64,000 nt of DNA. Origin: a virus. Positions within the stretch are counted from its first letter, which is position 1; each line of letters starts with the position of its first letter. Location of the stretch: positions 7,616 through 71,615 of the IMG/VR virus record IMGVR_UViG_3300031851_000013, one strand, 5' to 3'. Below are positions 38,701 through 48,402 of this stretch, piece after piece. The notes beneath the pieces are model-generated. The model was not told where the DNA came from. It searched no databases and saw nothing but the letters and a program-made list of their open reading frames with translations. The position numbers and the translations under genes were made by a program.

Positions 38701-41211
38701 TGTCTCATCAATAATAATGTCGCCCTCATTTGAATAATCCCAACCAATCAAACATTCAGCGGTATATTCAGATGCATCAGTACCTTGTCTGATAATTTTC
38801 CAAGGTCCATTCGTGCAATCTTCACATTCGCAATCTTCAAGTTGCGCAAGTAAAACACTTTTCTCTAATACGGCTGCTGCTTTTTCCTCCTCATATTGTT
38901 CAAGAAATGCGCCTGCGTCAATGATCTGTGTTACAATACCTGCAATATCGGCTTCTAGTGTGGTCTTTTCTTGATAAAATTGCGAAACGTTCGCCGCCCA
39001 ATCAGATTCAATCTGTGCAATGTCGGCTTCTATAATTGGGCAATCATCTGTTGCATCTTGTGTACCACAAAAATTATCATCATAATCTTGCAGCAGTTGC
39101 GCCCTATCTGTCTGATACTGTGCCTCATCCGCAGCGTGCTGTTCTATAAGGACAGCTAAATCTTGTTCTAAGGCTCCTTTGACCTGCACTTTTGTTGCAA
39201 TGAATTCTGTTTGTATTGTAATTTGATCAGCTAGATCGGATATTGCGTCGTCAACTTGAGCAATTAACTGATTTATGTCATCAATCATGTCCGGAGTACA
39301 GCCCTGATTGCCACATTCGGCGCAATCAACAACACACAAAGATATTCCGGCTTCAGAACTGTGAGAAACAACTTCTTCTGTCTTTGCAAAGAGAATACCG
39401 GCTTCTTCGGCAGCATTGGTGCCTATCGTTGATTGCGAAAGCATTGTTACGATTGATTCTATACCATCTGGGCATTTTGCAGACCACTTCATTGAACTAC
39501 AATCAAATGTGCCACAAGATGATTCAATTTTAATCTTTACACAGTCTTCTTCCACCGTATTAAAGTAATCTGCGAACAATTGTTCAATATATGGTCCACA
39601 CATTGACTCTGGGTGTAGAAAACCTGCGAAATCAGATCCTTTTCTATTCATCCAACCAATTGACTGCAATGCAACATAGGCATCGTTAAAATCTGGCTGT
39701 AAATTGCGAGAATGCCAATCAATTAGATAATTTACACAATCGGTAAATGTATCATCTCCAGTATCCATAGCCCATCGCATAAAATCAGAGAAAGTCGGAC
39801 CAGAAGAAGCACCTTCTTTGGCAACTACTCTTCTTGCTCCGTCTGGAGCCCAATTTTGCGTCCAAGCGGGAGACTTATCAACATCTCCAGTGTCGTTGTA
39901 TATATCTGGCTGTGCGTCAGCACCAATTCTGATTTTTAAAATATAATCCGTTCCATAATCACCGTCAAGCAGTGCCGTATCTGGGACATCTAAAATTAAC
40001 TGAACCTTGTCATGTTCTGACGGATGAGCAGATACACTTATATTACAAACTGTTGTGCTTTCGGGATCTATGCGCTTTAGTGAAACATCATAAGCGGCTT
40101 GGTCGGACAGTGATGCGTGATTGAAATCAAATTCTGCGTTAGTGACCTCTTCATTAAACTGTACAATAACCGGTCCATATCCATCATTTTCAACATACAC
40201 ATTTTTAACGGAAAAGCCACTAAATGGACTTCTCGTGTCAAGAAATAAATGAGAAAAGTCTGAACTATCTGTATCTTTCAGTCCGAAGCTTGGTACCCAC
40301 TTTACAGAACCGTCGGTTTTCTTACCGAATTTACCTCGGGCACCCGAAATTAAGAAACTTCCAACAACGGCTAAAACAGTGTTTACAATAACCCACAAAA
40401 CACCGGGATAACTGGGGAACTTAACACCGTACTCGGTAGAACAATCATCCTTCTCTTCCGACTGGTTGAGACAACTTTGTAGGTTTGTTAACCCCCAAGA
40501 GACGAGTTCATATACGTTCTCTTCTGTGATGGAGATATTGGCTGTTTGTCCTTCTGTGAGTTCTTTGGTAAGAGTCTCATTAACACTTGCCAAAAAGCCC
40601 CTCCAATCATCTTGTTCAAGTGCAAATACATCTTTCACGAGGGAATTGAGTAAATCGTCTACACTATCTTCAGCAAGAAAACCTTCAGATGCTTTTAGCA
40701 TCAATACTGGGTCTCCAAAAACAATATATAATAATGAAGTTACTAGGGAGTAAGATAAAACTTGGGTGTTGTCGTTTGTAGGTTTATCCAATCTTAAAAC
40801 ATTTTCAAAAACCCAATCCACGACAGGTACAACATGTTCACCGATTAGTGCTCGTGACATATTGTTGTCAACAGAACCATACCATTCTTTAAATTTTGCA
40901 TTGGAGGGTATATTTGCAACACCAAGGTTTGACATATTGATGAGGAAGGAAACCTTTTCCAAAAGTTCTGGTGTGTTATACCCACTCGGGGCATCAAAAC
41001 AAATTTCCGCCTCACAAATGTCTTGACAACACCCATAATCACTGTTATTGTATGAGGTTAAGGAGTATTCTAAACTACTCAAGAGGGACGATAGTGCGCC
41101 TCTTTGGGCATCAGACAGTGTGCCCATTGTTGGTTCGGTATCGTTGAGTTCTGTTTTTAGTGTACCTAACCCTAAAAGTAAATTTTCTATATAATTGTTT
41201 GTGTCTGGCAT
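32770..41211 (-). CDS. Giant Cys/Asp-rich virion surface protein (2813 aa) with coiled coil and GCxDxxAxNY repeats
   Basis: Uninterrupted ORF; about five GC(T/M/N/V)x repeats near the C-terminus; central heptad region. Confidence 0.8.
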   Translation of the reverse strand: MPDTNNYIENLLLGLGTLKTELNDTEPTMGTLSDAQRGALSSLLSSLEYSLTSYNNSDYGCCQDICEAEICFDAPSGYNTPELLEKVSFLINMSNLGVANIPSNAKFKEWYGSVDNNMSRALIGEHVVPVVDWVFENVLRLDKPTNDNTQVLSYSLVTSLLYIVFGDPVLMLKASEGFLAEDSVDDLLNSLVKDVFALEQDDWRGFLASVNETLTKELTEGQTANISITEENVYELVSWGLTNLQSCLNQSEEKDDCSTEYGVKFPSYPGVLWVIVNTVLAVVGSFLISGARGKFGKKTDGSVKWVPSFGLKDTDSSDFSHLFLDTRSPFSGFSVKNVYVENDGYGPVIVQFNEEVTNAEFDFNHASLSDQAAYDVSLKRIDPESTTVCNISVSAHPSEHDKVQLILDVPDTALLDGDYGTDYILKIRIGADAQPDIYNDTGDVDKSPAWTQNWAPDGARRVVAKEGASSGPTFSDFMRWAMDTGDDTFTDCVNYLIDWHSRNLQPDFNDAYVALQSIGWMNRKGSDFAGFLHPESMCGPYIEQLFADYFNTVEEDCVKIKIESSCGTFDCSSMKWSAKCPDGIESIVTMLSQSTIGTNAAEEAGILFAKTEEVVSHSSEAGISLCVVDCAECGNQGCTPDMIDDINQLIAQVDDAISDLADQITIQTEFIATKVQVKGALEQDLAVLIEQHAADEAQYQTDRAQLLQDYDDNFCGTQDATDDCPIIEADIAQIESDWAANVSQFYQEKTTLEADIAGIVTQIIDAGAFLEQYEEEKAAAVLEKSVLLAQLEDCECEDCTNGPWKIIRQGTDASEYTAECLIGWDYSNEGDIIIDETKPAYGAGTISLSSKPNNLLIDKSGDIYADGVKVARVALCGLANTSFVSLFDPNLSPLLIHPKYVGNKRIFHVMQEGYSILEGDPNNLRNELKRHEVLPYPIGRFFQGDPCDDSEPEECIEDACCRNPDLPDCLDIGECGGVTIPQWFRDWYEEHRDYLILKLPYDKRYIGDPMRYTMDEQILVAKAIIDLIVRYFNSTPMVVSNGFSAWSDMTRQLNVLPLLLKESPSRTKFNFGNWMVGKNSNSPEISYPATDENCVECCDDVLNSDCDILDTFEDCCESSCGRWNRDCSYLTGDIVTGLSGEHCYEALKDICAGDCNPIPGSEGSSEIWFRCTPDCENEVPPCDFSVSNNYNCSPDGCDAAVSVALQYDDQPTPNLCDYRWIFTATNVNIPELATVSVESFGKTPTTPWSEITLPLLPVQCDEDTPNPNVWSFTLEARSSISDDVLSQCVSDSIEFNTGCEFQIVLWDDLDAAKAEAYGWCDEIGGENPEGQRQGAPDSALGDAIENVNQKLENLLAWVDTNDIYDLTPTQSSVLVTAYTAMVDALAVVNGLPNDYDIGGLYSGISDAETRFSEDDSKGGIEVLMVIRSTVVSDVIQYGIYAGTSECCCVVLQPTSEENVCDMSWVWTVDTGIGAPIPYYGGVGKLPDETVACAIRNPNEFGETPVSVLLYSYPATCDDYVQSAVNDWNGQFWIEHFTPESICVCERAIFINCPCSPRGGIVNLEPYGCDPQNDTISIVDLSHTNELNECEVQWRWELQELGGNGNTQSISAGIGTEALSQIGIPLNAGMGYQIVLLWTSIVDPTVSGGVFSQTFTTPSCPRLDLTHDFSDNRFSSTTYGAVVANDYSHAGVVGENNGDNTQTPFSLGITTDNNGGTYSIYSSHTPDETDEKWLAVEDDKYTFRWTVMSSQGEQITVDEPALVTTSTYNVKGRVPSLSLELPPSMIGDGFTYSVSLEAIPNLDETVSSGINTIGPFQNSKHHGTRSLQFETVLPLEVGVNSISTLPSGNGEFIPSQNFHGSITQPVNVKSVAQDGTLLETNPVNVSFDVANDPCDLISLTVAADSWVIINAPVANDDSPDRVPVTMRFDASWLLHEECGFSDNPTNPPFVDFRYRGYEPDGSQSPAWDAATVVGNYAWDDSTRTISATFEQTFNYPVQSGGNPSPQIGLIGLWLTATDNELSYDASLPYDSKIGWISLNSPDYRECHDGQWVLSEGQEGDGQPTGCPCVIPELNSSLTWSGTNSDEITHTPQAVASDILDVELHQFLELEFDEESTRDYEYTLISSNGDVSDFEVNVLNDESPLPGEGTLRISSSASIAKGFTKTVVATVGAWNKERFLTYADAVTEGCNVEFTVSVPLIAGCVTPDTVDYFAGANIQPANLDCQPVVLGCTDNAAFNYNAQANVDDGTCYPVIEGCMDPTAFNYINPINDVNVDVNTDDESCIPVITGCNDPAASNYDASVNTPTNDDCCYEPELVSVSNALSELQGNIDDVQYSIYNNVVNGGISVTDSAGDFLITIPAGSLTFPRANNSNGAVANQNSGGIIRVNLDAIIDSKGQSYTITCDIGSNSRVAEGEQDISLPDGYLNIRFGKYSDSRQKLESTPDDTYQYLGDTYTNHIAEFEEVRYDITVDIDGCDDQLQFGIISRLETHNYLVGCMNQEAINYDENAEYQIDDDSCVLPAYCWSYTKFTEKAGQLIKEDAVSGGSNWNGNNFSGNWFDLLLSNESARKSDGSFSEYVTSHYTLKGALDGLFSDWCADPTLESYSQKMADFESDITDLAGKMVELMPKAVYRNPVTDSDGNGIINDEDISCWHVPEIYVVQDVVQENGETIAETVAVDNTTDAQWAALKCNSGDPNAVSNPPKQRYTFDVTVFNAWVEGTEGAPTAPYIKTLLELGKIRIDDCGNANSLDDEGYVCGGNNHDDTDMPVHNLDLGGGSFALTDSSGGNGSSGSGSGYSFEQNPNGNNGYSNDGD

Positions 41212-41316
41212 GTCAATAAGTTCCCCTAAAATACTCTTTTAAAACTTTCTGCGTTTTTCTTCAAATATAAGTAGTAAGAATCACGCAATAAAACCTAGCA
41301 AAATAATCATTATTCA

Positions 41317-44300
41317 TTATTCTCCGCTTGTTTCGTTCAAAACTACATCGGCTACACTCTCACTAGTACCTCCAGTGTTGCAATCGGAAAATGACAGTGG
41401 GGTGGAACAGGTTAAAACAGTGCTCGGAATACTCTCGGATGAGACCACACCAACGCACGAATTGAATGATATATCTTCTTCACAAACAAGTGAGACTTCT
41501 GGTATAGTGATTGGTGTATCAAAATCATTAAACTTGACGAACAGACAACCTTCAGGTGGCAAGGCAAATACACTTGGATCAATTCCTTGTGTAATTGAGA
41601 ACGCACCGCATCTTTTTCTCAAAGATGGTACACCCTTGTTGTTAAGGGAAAAAGGAACTTGAGGAATGTTGCTCTCTTTTATTCTTGTTCCTTCAGCGTC
41701 TTGTTGATCTGTTAGGTAGGAGATTGCAGCATTGCAAATAATATAATCATCTTCCTTACAATATTCCTGTCCCTTTATTAGCAGTGTAACAATAGCTGTG
41801 TCTTTGTTCCCGCAAGAGTCTACAACTTCCCATTCAAAAGAAGCTTGACCATAAAAAAGAGATGCTGGGGTAAAATTGAACGAACCAGAGGTTTCCTCAA
41901 AGTTTGTTAAAGCTCCTGATAAAACATCAGGATGGCTTAACAGTGCATAGGAAATAATATCAGCGTCTTTGTCATACGCAAGAAGTTGTTTGGAGATTGG
42001 AAGCCCATCATTAATAATAAACGTTTGGTCTTTGGCTACTGGCTTGGTCTGACAACAATCAAACACTTCAGTTTTCACATTATCGCCAACGTTACCCTCT
42101 CCGGAAACAGTCACAGTTGTCACAGCATAGTCATATTGAATCTGGTGACATCCAGTACACCCCTTTATACTATCCTTAAATCTCATAAACCCATCAGGAT
42201 CTGGATCTCCAGAAAGTGACCCAATCAAATCCCACTCTGCCGGAACATCCCCGGTTGGATCATAGCCACCTTTTCTATAAATTCTGTAATTGTCATAATT
42301 TCCGAGGTCTCTCCAAAAAATAGTAACAACACCATCTTGTTGGCTCCCCGCTTCGTTACAAATATCAGCCTCTTTCCTGATAAAAATTTCAGGATTAGTA
42401 ATCGGTGGACAACAACTGATTGTAACTTTAAAATATTCTGTATTTGGGCTAAACTCCTGATTCTGATAAACAAACACAGACAACACTGCGTACTCATAAA
42501 CCGTGTCACTTTCACAGTCTTGAGACAGCGCAGCAACATCTTGATCAAAATACGATGTTTCAGATGGTTGAACTATAGCTATTTCCTCACCGTCTCTGAA
42601 AATTTTGTAATATGTTACGCCCGGAATTGAATCCCAACTAATGGTTGCCGTGCCTCTCGTCTCATCGTCAAAACAATCACCAGATTTGCCCCAAGCTTTC
42701 GGATTGGGAGGGTAAACAAAAATGTTGACGTATCCTTCGTCAGAACACCACGCTTTCCAATTTTTTGTCCTACCTGATTCCAGAACAGCAAAATATTTAA
42801 TTTTGTCGGGTCCAAAATATGATCTTGGGGGCGAATACTTGTACCACAAGGAGTTTGCATTGCCGTGTTCATTGTTAGACGAGAAGGGAGCCCCTGAACC
42901 GACGATAAACTTACCGTCTCTTTCAGTATAATCAACTCGGTTGGAAATGTTTGTATAAACATAAACGTTACCAGTGTCATCTTTTGTCTTGACATCAAAC
43001 TCTCCGGTATACGTTCTAATGGTTCCATCGCCTCTTGGTCCTTCAACAAGAAGGAATTCGTTTTCAGCCTTTGGAGCAAAATTACAACAAGGTGTTGAGA
43101 CTACGGAGACATCAGAAGATGTATCACCACACTCGTTTGTTGCAACTACAAAATAATCATAAGTCTGTTCAATTTCTTCGCATTCTTCGTCGTCGTCACA
43201 CCAATCACAACAAATGTCAACCTTTGGTGGTGGGAAGTCTATCCACACAGTGGAATCTACTTGTTCTGGGCTGTTAATAATGGTAGATTGTACGCTATTG
43301 TCTGTTGAATTTTTAAACTCGTCCCTGTTTGCAATAACACCAACCTTGGAACCAATAACTGGCACTGCATTTTGTTGAGAACCTGAAGGTTTGCGATAAA
43401 CAGTGTAATACTTTGCACCTTCCACCGGGGTCCATGCAATGACAACACCACCTTCGTAATTTCCGCCGCACCCAAAACTCTCAACGGAGATTTTCCGGTC
43501 TTTTAGCCACCCCGAGATCTTCTTAAGTTCCAAATCTCCAGATAAGAAGCTTGCTGTAGCTATTTTTGGCTTTCCGGGCTTCTCACATAGGCAGCAAGAG
43601 GTCGGAACAACTTCTGAATCGCTCATATTGAATTTTTCAGGATTTGCAATATGATAAGCTGTCTGAATGTCGGATAATGAAACTATACCGTCCCCATCCG
43701 CATCATACTCTTCTCTATATAATCCTTCTGAAAGGATGTCTACAGCAACGTTGTGACTAGAGTTTTCAATATCATAATTTGCTACGGGCTCTTCTAAAAC
43801 ACTGTTTGTCGTCATATCAAACGACTCTACCTTGATGCCAAACCTTTTATAAGCCAACATTTCAGACGTTCCTTGAAACGTAGCATATAAAGACTCCATT
43901 GGATGAGAAGAGGAAACTCCAATAATATCAACCGTTGGGGATTGTAGCACAGAATAAGAATTTGTGTGTGTCAGGGTCGTTAGCGACTCAGAAACCCCAA
44001 ACTCTCCTAAAATGGAATCTGGACTTAATCTTAAATAAGTTAAAACACCAGTCCCAGCCGGAATGTAATTATTCCCAGACGTTGCGTAGGCAACAATGGT
44101 GTTTTTTGTATTAGTTGAGCCGGAAGAAACAATGTGATAATCCCAATCATATTCCTTCAGCGCAGTTGGTGCACCGGTGCCGTTGACGCAAGATAAGATA
44201 CCATCACCAGTCAAGCCACTTAGGGAAAGCCGAGCACCGGAGAGACTGTCGTCCCCATCACAGTTTGCAGCATATGACACCTCAACAAGTATATCAGATA

Positions 44301-47300
44301 CTCCACCCTCTTTAGATTTAATCGGAATAACGTCAGAAACCCACAACTTTGCAAAACATCCGGGCTCAAGACAAAATTTTGAACATTCATCGGGAACATA
44401 GAATTCAAAGTCTAGAGCTTGTTTGATGGAACAAACTTCAGTGGGTACAATATCTTTTATTGTGCTGGCGATCTTTCTAGGGACACTAGTTCTGCCGAGC
44501 TTGAGAAACATATTTCTAATAGTGACCACATCGGAGATATCAGCAACCCCATCGCCGTTAGCATCAAAAAAGTCTAAAACATATTCTTGAAAATCGTCAT
44601 CGCCTCTTCCGATCCAAGTAGATGAATTATAACTAATGTTTGAGAGGTCATATGATGCCCCTCCGAAATATTTTGAACTGACCGTGTGACCATCTGGAAG
44701 GACAATGACTGTATCTGGGATCAAAAGGTCATCTTCGCCTCCTGTACACAAAATACAAGAAACCAAATAGTCCCTCACATTCACTTCTTGGGCTTGATCT
44801 ACATTGTACCAATCACCATTCCATTTTCGTGCTGGATTGGTTCTAATCTTGTTTGTGACGAGTTTTGCTTCCAGTGGTAGCGGCTCTACAGAGCTATTAT
44901 AGCTGAATATTCCGAACTGGTTTTTAACGACATCTAAGTCTGGTGGTGGACCGTCTCCCGACCACACAATCTGAAAACTTGTTAGCGTTGATGGAACATC
45001 TCTTCCCATTGTTGACAACAGAGATGCACCGTGAATCGGCTTACCCTCTAAGGAATAATCATAAACACATAAATATGCGCCGTTATCTCCCAACACTTGA
45101 AGATATTTATTATTTTTAGCATCACCCAAGAGACCATTTCTTACAATTGTATAATCATCCGGTATATTTACCTGAAACTGAACGCCTGCCACTTCACCAA
45201 TTGGAAATTCATACTTTATATCAACCTCATACGTACCGGGATTTTGTGTTCCTTCAATATTGAGGGCAATATAATTATCACACTGGGCTTGCCCTAAGCT
45301 GGCAATATTGTCTAGCTGTTTATTTATTTGTGCGCTTTTCGCAATTGAAATTGTGGAAAAAACACTAATCATTGCCATAAACAACTGAATTGAATAGCCG
45401 ATACTTACAACTTGTTCGGGTGTATATTCTTTAGATACTACAGGGTCGTTAATTTTGTCCAGAAAAGCCATATATGCTCTTCTCAAACATTCAACTAACT
45501 TTTTAAAACGTGGATCAATATTGTCTTCAATATTTTGCAACCCAGCGACAAGCATGTTTTCTTCGCTGCTTGAATATAGCATAGGTGCAACACTCGCCAG
45601 AGCAGCCGAAGTTTTCGCTTGTAACACATATGTTGAACCAGAGCTTTGTGACTGGACACTATTCTTGTTTTTACCATAGTTGTCTGCAATGGACTTCACA
45701 CTTTCCCACAAGCCACCAAGTTTTAGAAAAAACGGGAAAACACAAACACAGGCTGATGTGTCCTCATTCGGTTGTCTTGATTGATTATTTTTTATACGTA
45801 AAAGTGTTTCGTACCCTGACGAACTTATTGGGTTTGTTCCGTTGCCCATAACAACACTAATGCCGGGGGAAAGGTTTCTAAATGTAACGTTCCAGCCTGC
45901 ACTTACTGCCTGACCGATAATTGGGTCTATCTCTTCAATTTCTGTTTGAAAGTCTGTATTGAGGACAACTAAAAAGAAAGTGTCAAACTCGTCACGACTT
46001 AAACAGAAGTTGACATCATATGTTTTTAGATCAATTCCGGCTAACTTAATAAGATAGTCGCCATACCCCATGTCAATTTCATCTGTACATAGAGATAACG
46101 GTGGACCGAGTTGCCAAAGTTTGTTTAAAGCTTCTACATTTTGAGAATTAACGCTCCAATCATATATCTCATCATCCAGAAACAGATGACTTCCATCAGC
46201 ACCCGTCTCAACGTTACCCTCTAGCACAAACTCAATTCTTTTAGAACCAAGTGGCTTGTCAATCTTTATTTTACATAGTGTTCCAAAAGACGGCTTTGCT
46301 GTCACCCAGTTGGAATCTGGCGAAATCACCCATTCGTTCTTGGTTACCCCAAATGAGAAGTCGTCGGTTACCGTGCATCCGTTATCTGCATCAATAATTT
46401 GAAAACCATCTGGAAGCTTTAATCTTAAACTAAAATCAGTTACCCCGAAAGCACACTGTTGTTCTATACAATAGTTAATTTCAAATGATGCATGTGGGTT
46501 GTCGCTGAAAGGATCTTCCGTGTAATTCTCCATCCATACAACAATTTCAGGATTTGTGTTTTTACGAATCCAACATTTTGTCTTACAGTCTGTATCGCTG
46601 TCATCATCGCAGATGCATTCAACTATTTCGTGTGAAATTATATTGCTTGTAATAGTTTCTATCACCTCATCTGTGGATAGCGAATTAATCACTGCTTCAA
46701 CGCTGTACTCGTGAGTGAGATTAGACCCTTCATGTGAGACATTCTCATCCAGATAGGTTCTTATATCAACGTCAACAGCATCATAAGCTGTGTCTTTGTA
46801 AACCTTAAGGGAAGATAAATATGTGTTCGGTGGAAGAGTAATATTCCAAGATAATTCTAGCTCTCCGTATCTCTCTGTCCAACACGCACCATCAAATGTT
46901 TTTTCTAGTACAATTTCAGCCCCATCACAAGAGGGTATTCCATATGTGTTAAACCCTGAAGGTAGCTTTGTTATTTCTGCCTCGGGGCTTGCAGTGCCTT
47001 CATCTGCCATCCAAGAAATAAAATACTTTGGATATCCCTGAACTCCTGTTTCAAGTTCGGATAAATCATCCTCGTAAGAAAAACTATCTTGCCCCTCGTT
47101 TAAAACTTCTGCCAACTGTATAGCATCTTCACCTTCAGATCTGATAGAAGTAATCGTATAACTGTGAACAGTGAGATCCATATTTGCTGGTGTTACAGGT
47201 GACCATACAATGTTTGTGGAAAACCCTGTATCGCCCTCACAATCGCCCTGAAGGGTGGCTGTAGCGTCTTGTAAAGAAGAAAGCGATTCTTCCCCCACTG

Positions 47301-48036
47301 CATAACTAAAAAGTGCGAGAACATCAATTCTATCACCCATCGCCCGATTGTCTACCTCATCAGATAAATTATATTCATCATTGATGGCAATCCTTAGATC
47401 GTGATATTGGATGTCTTGGAAAGTCTTTTCAATCCCACCGTTCCATTGTCCGTCAGAATACTGTTCTTCTGGAATGTTTACAAAATTATCTTCCAAAAAG
47501 ACATTTTCAAAAAATTTCCAACCATAGACAGACTCTAAAATGCTTCTTAGTTCATCACTGATCCACCATCCACGGAATTTGCCATCTTCATCTAAAGTGG
47601 GTGCGTAGTGGTGGTGAGGCTTATCACCTGTTGGTGCCTGTGGTTCTTCCAGCCCTTTGGTCATTCTGTCTTGAACAAGAACATATACATTTCGTGGAAT
47701 ATTGTTTTCTTCAGGTTTGTCTATAGATAAAAACTCTTCATAGCCCGTGATCTCTTCCTGATAACAGACCCCATCCCAGTATTTTCTTATTTTTGGGTGT
47801 AAAGCGGTAGACCAATCTTCACAACCGAGCGTCTTGTTTATGACTGCATCAAAATTGTATACGTTGAGATAACTACCAAGCTTGTATCCCGGTGCTGTTG
47901 ATTCATTGACATGATATTGGTTATCAGGTCCGGGCTCTGGCAAAGCATAATCTAACCTCTGCGTTGGAGCGTGTCCAAAATACATGTCTGGACCGACAAC
48001 TAATAAATTATAAAACTTGTGTTTGTTACTTGCCAC
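41317..48036 (-). CDS. Giant surface protein (2239 aa) with cohesin-like, dockerin/EF-hand-like, FN3 and Ig/cadherin-like domains
   Basis: EVAGVQFQV; DANGDGVADISDVV and DADGDGIVSLSDI; W..V.GAKYYTVYRK...YDYFVVA; PVAKDQ...FNFTPASLFYGQASF. Confidence 0.75.
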   Translation of the reverse strand: MASNKHKFYNLLVVGPDMYFGHAPTQRLDYALPEPGPDNQYHVNESTAPGYKLGSYLNVYNFDAVINKTLGCEDWSTALHPKIRKYWDGVCYQEEITGYEEFLSIDKPEENNIPRNVYVLVQDRMTKGLEEPQAPTGDKPHHHYAPTLDEDGKFRGWWISDELRSILESVYGWKFFENVFLEDNFVNIPEEQYSDGQWNGGIEKTFQDIQYHDLRIAINDEYNLSDEVDNRAMGDRIDVLALFSYAVGEESLSSLQDATATLQGDCEGDTGFSTNIVWSPVTPANMDLTVHSYTITSIRSEGEDAIQLAEVLNEGQDSFSYEDDLSELETGVQGYPKYFISWMADEGTASPEAEITKLPSGFNTYGIPSCDGAEIVLEKTFDGACWTERYGELELSWNITLPPNTYLSSLKVYKDTAYDAVDVDIRTYLDENVSHEGSNLTHEYSVEAVINSLSTDEVIETITSNIISHEIVECICDDDSDTDCKTKCWIRKNTNPEIVVWMENYTEDPFSDNPHASFEINYCIEQQCAFGVTDFSLRLKLPDGFQIIDADNGCTVTDDFSFGVTKNEWVISPDSNWVTAKPSFGTLCKIKIDKPLGSKRIEFVLEGNVETGADGSHLFLDDEIYDWSVNSQNVEALNKLWQLGPPLSLCTDEIDMGYGDYLIKLAGIDLKTYDVNFCLSRDEFDTFFLVVLNTDFQTEIEEIDPIIGQAVSAGWNVTFRNLSPGISVVMGNGTNPISSSGYETLLRIKNNQSRQPNEDTSACVCVFPFFLKLGGLWESVKSIADNYGKNKNSVQSQSSGSTYVLQAKTSAALASVAPMLYSSSEENMLVAGLQNIEDNIDPRFKKLVECLRRAYMAFLDKINDPVVSKEYTPEQVVSIGYSIQLFMAMISVFSTISIAKSAQINKQLDNIASLGQAQCDNYIALNIEGTQNPGTYEVDIKYEFPIGEVAGVQFQVNIPDDYTIVRNGLLGDAKNNKYLQVLGDNGAYLCVYDYSLEGKPIHGASLLSTMGRDVPSTLTSFQIVWSGDGPPPDLDVVKNQFGIFSYNSSVEPLPLEAKLVTNKIRTNPARKWNGDWYNVDQAQEVNVRDYLVSCILCTGGEDDLLIPDTVIVLPDGHTVSSKYFGGASYDLSNISYNSSTWIGRGDDDFQEYVLDFFDANGDGVADISDVVTIRNMFLKLGRTSVPRKIASTIKDIVPTEVCSIKQALDFEFYVPDECSKFCLEPGCFAKLWVSDVIPIKSKEGGVSDILVEVSYAANCDGDDSLSGARLSLSGLTGDGILSCVNGTGAPTALKEYDWDYHIVSSGSTNTKNTIVAYATSGNNYIPAGTGVLTYLRLSPDSILGEFGVSESLTTLTHTNSYSVLQSPTVDIIGVSSSHPMESLYATFQGTSEMLAYKRFGIKVESFDMTTNSVLEEPVANYDIENSSHNVAVDILSEGLYREEYDADGDGIVSLSDIQTAYHIANPEKFNMSDSEVVPTSCCLCEKPGKPKIATASFLSGDLELKKISGWLKDRKISVESFGCGGNYEGGVVIAWTPVEGAKYYTVYRKPSGSQQNAVPVIGSKVGVIANRDEFKNSTDNSVQSTIINSPEQVDSTVWIDFPPPKVDICCDWCDDDEECEEIEQTYDYFVVATNECGDTSSDVSVVSTPCCNFAPKAENEFLLVEGPRGDGTIRTYTGEFDVKTKDDTGNVYVYTNISNRVDYTERDGKFIVGSGAPFSSNNEHGNANSLWYKYSPPRSYFGPDKIKYFAVLESGRTKNWKAWCSDEGYVNIFVYPPNPKAWGKSGDCFDDETRGTATISWDSIPGVTYYKIFRDGEEIAIVQPSETSYFDQDVAALSQDCESDTVYEYAVLSVFVYQNQEFSPNTEYFKVTISCCPPITNPEIFIRKEADICNEAGSQQDGVVTIFWRDLGNYDNYRIYRKGGYDPTGDVPAEWDLIGSLSGDPDPDGFMRFKDSIKGCTGCHQIQYDYAVTTVTVSGEGNVGDNVKTEVFDCCQTKPVAKDQTFIINDGLPISKQLLAYDKDADIISYALLSHPDVLSGALTNFEETSGSFNFTPASLFYGQASFEWEVVDSCGNKDTAIVTLLIKGQEYCKEDDYIICNAAISYLTDQQDAEGTRIKESNIPQVPFSLNNKGVPSLRKRCGAFSITQGIDPSVFALPPEGCLFVKFNDFDTPITIPEVSLVCEEDISFNSCVGVVSSESIPSTVLTCSTPLSFSDCNTGGTSESVADVVLNETSGE

Positions 48037-48041
48037 GATTG

Positions 48042-48320
48042 CTATTTCCTCTTATCGCAAATTTGCTTTCCGATACCATTAACCCTAACAACCTTACTAA
48101 TGTTTGTGTTATCTTTTTTTTCACTATCTTCTTCCACTTTGGCTGCTTCACAACTTACGCTGGTCTTGTGTGTTAAGCAGGAACAACGGCTTTCAATAAC
48201 TAAATAGTCATTTTTTAGGTTCTTGCTGTTATTAGTGTGAGCAAGAAATCCTAAAAAACTCAAAAAGCCAAACAAACCAATTACTATTGCGCTGATGGCG
48301 ACTATTTCAATACCACTCAT
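48042..48320 (-). CDS. Small membrane protein
   Basis: N-terminal hydrophobic helix. Confidence 0.55.
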   Translation of the reverse strand: MSGIEIVAISAIVIGLFGFLSFLGFLAHTNNSKNLKNDYLVIESRCSCLTHKTSVSCEAAKVEEDSEKKDNTNISKVVRVNGIGKQICDKRK

Positions 48321-48339
48321 AATATAATTATCATTTTTA

Positions 48340-48370
48340 AAAGAAAAAAGGCACCTTGACGGTGCCTTTT
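48340..48370. terminator. Intrinsic terminator, potentially bidirectional
   Basis: AAAAGGCACC-TTGAC-GGTGCCTTTT. Confidence 0.8.
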
Positions 48371-48402
48371 AAGAAAAATCCAATGGAGGTTGGTTTTCTT
48401 TC

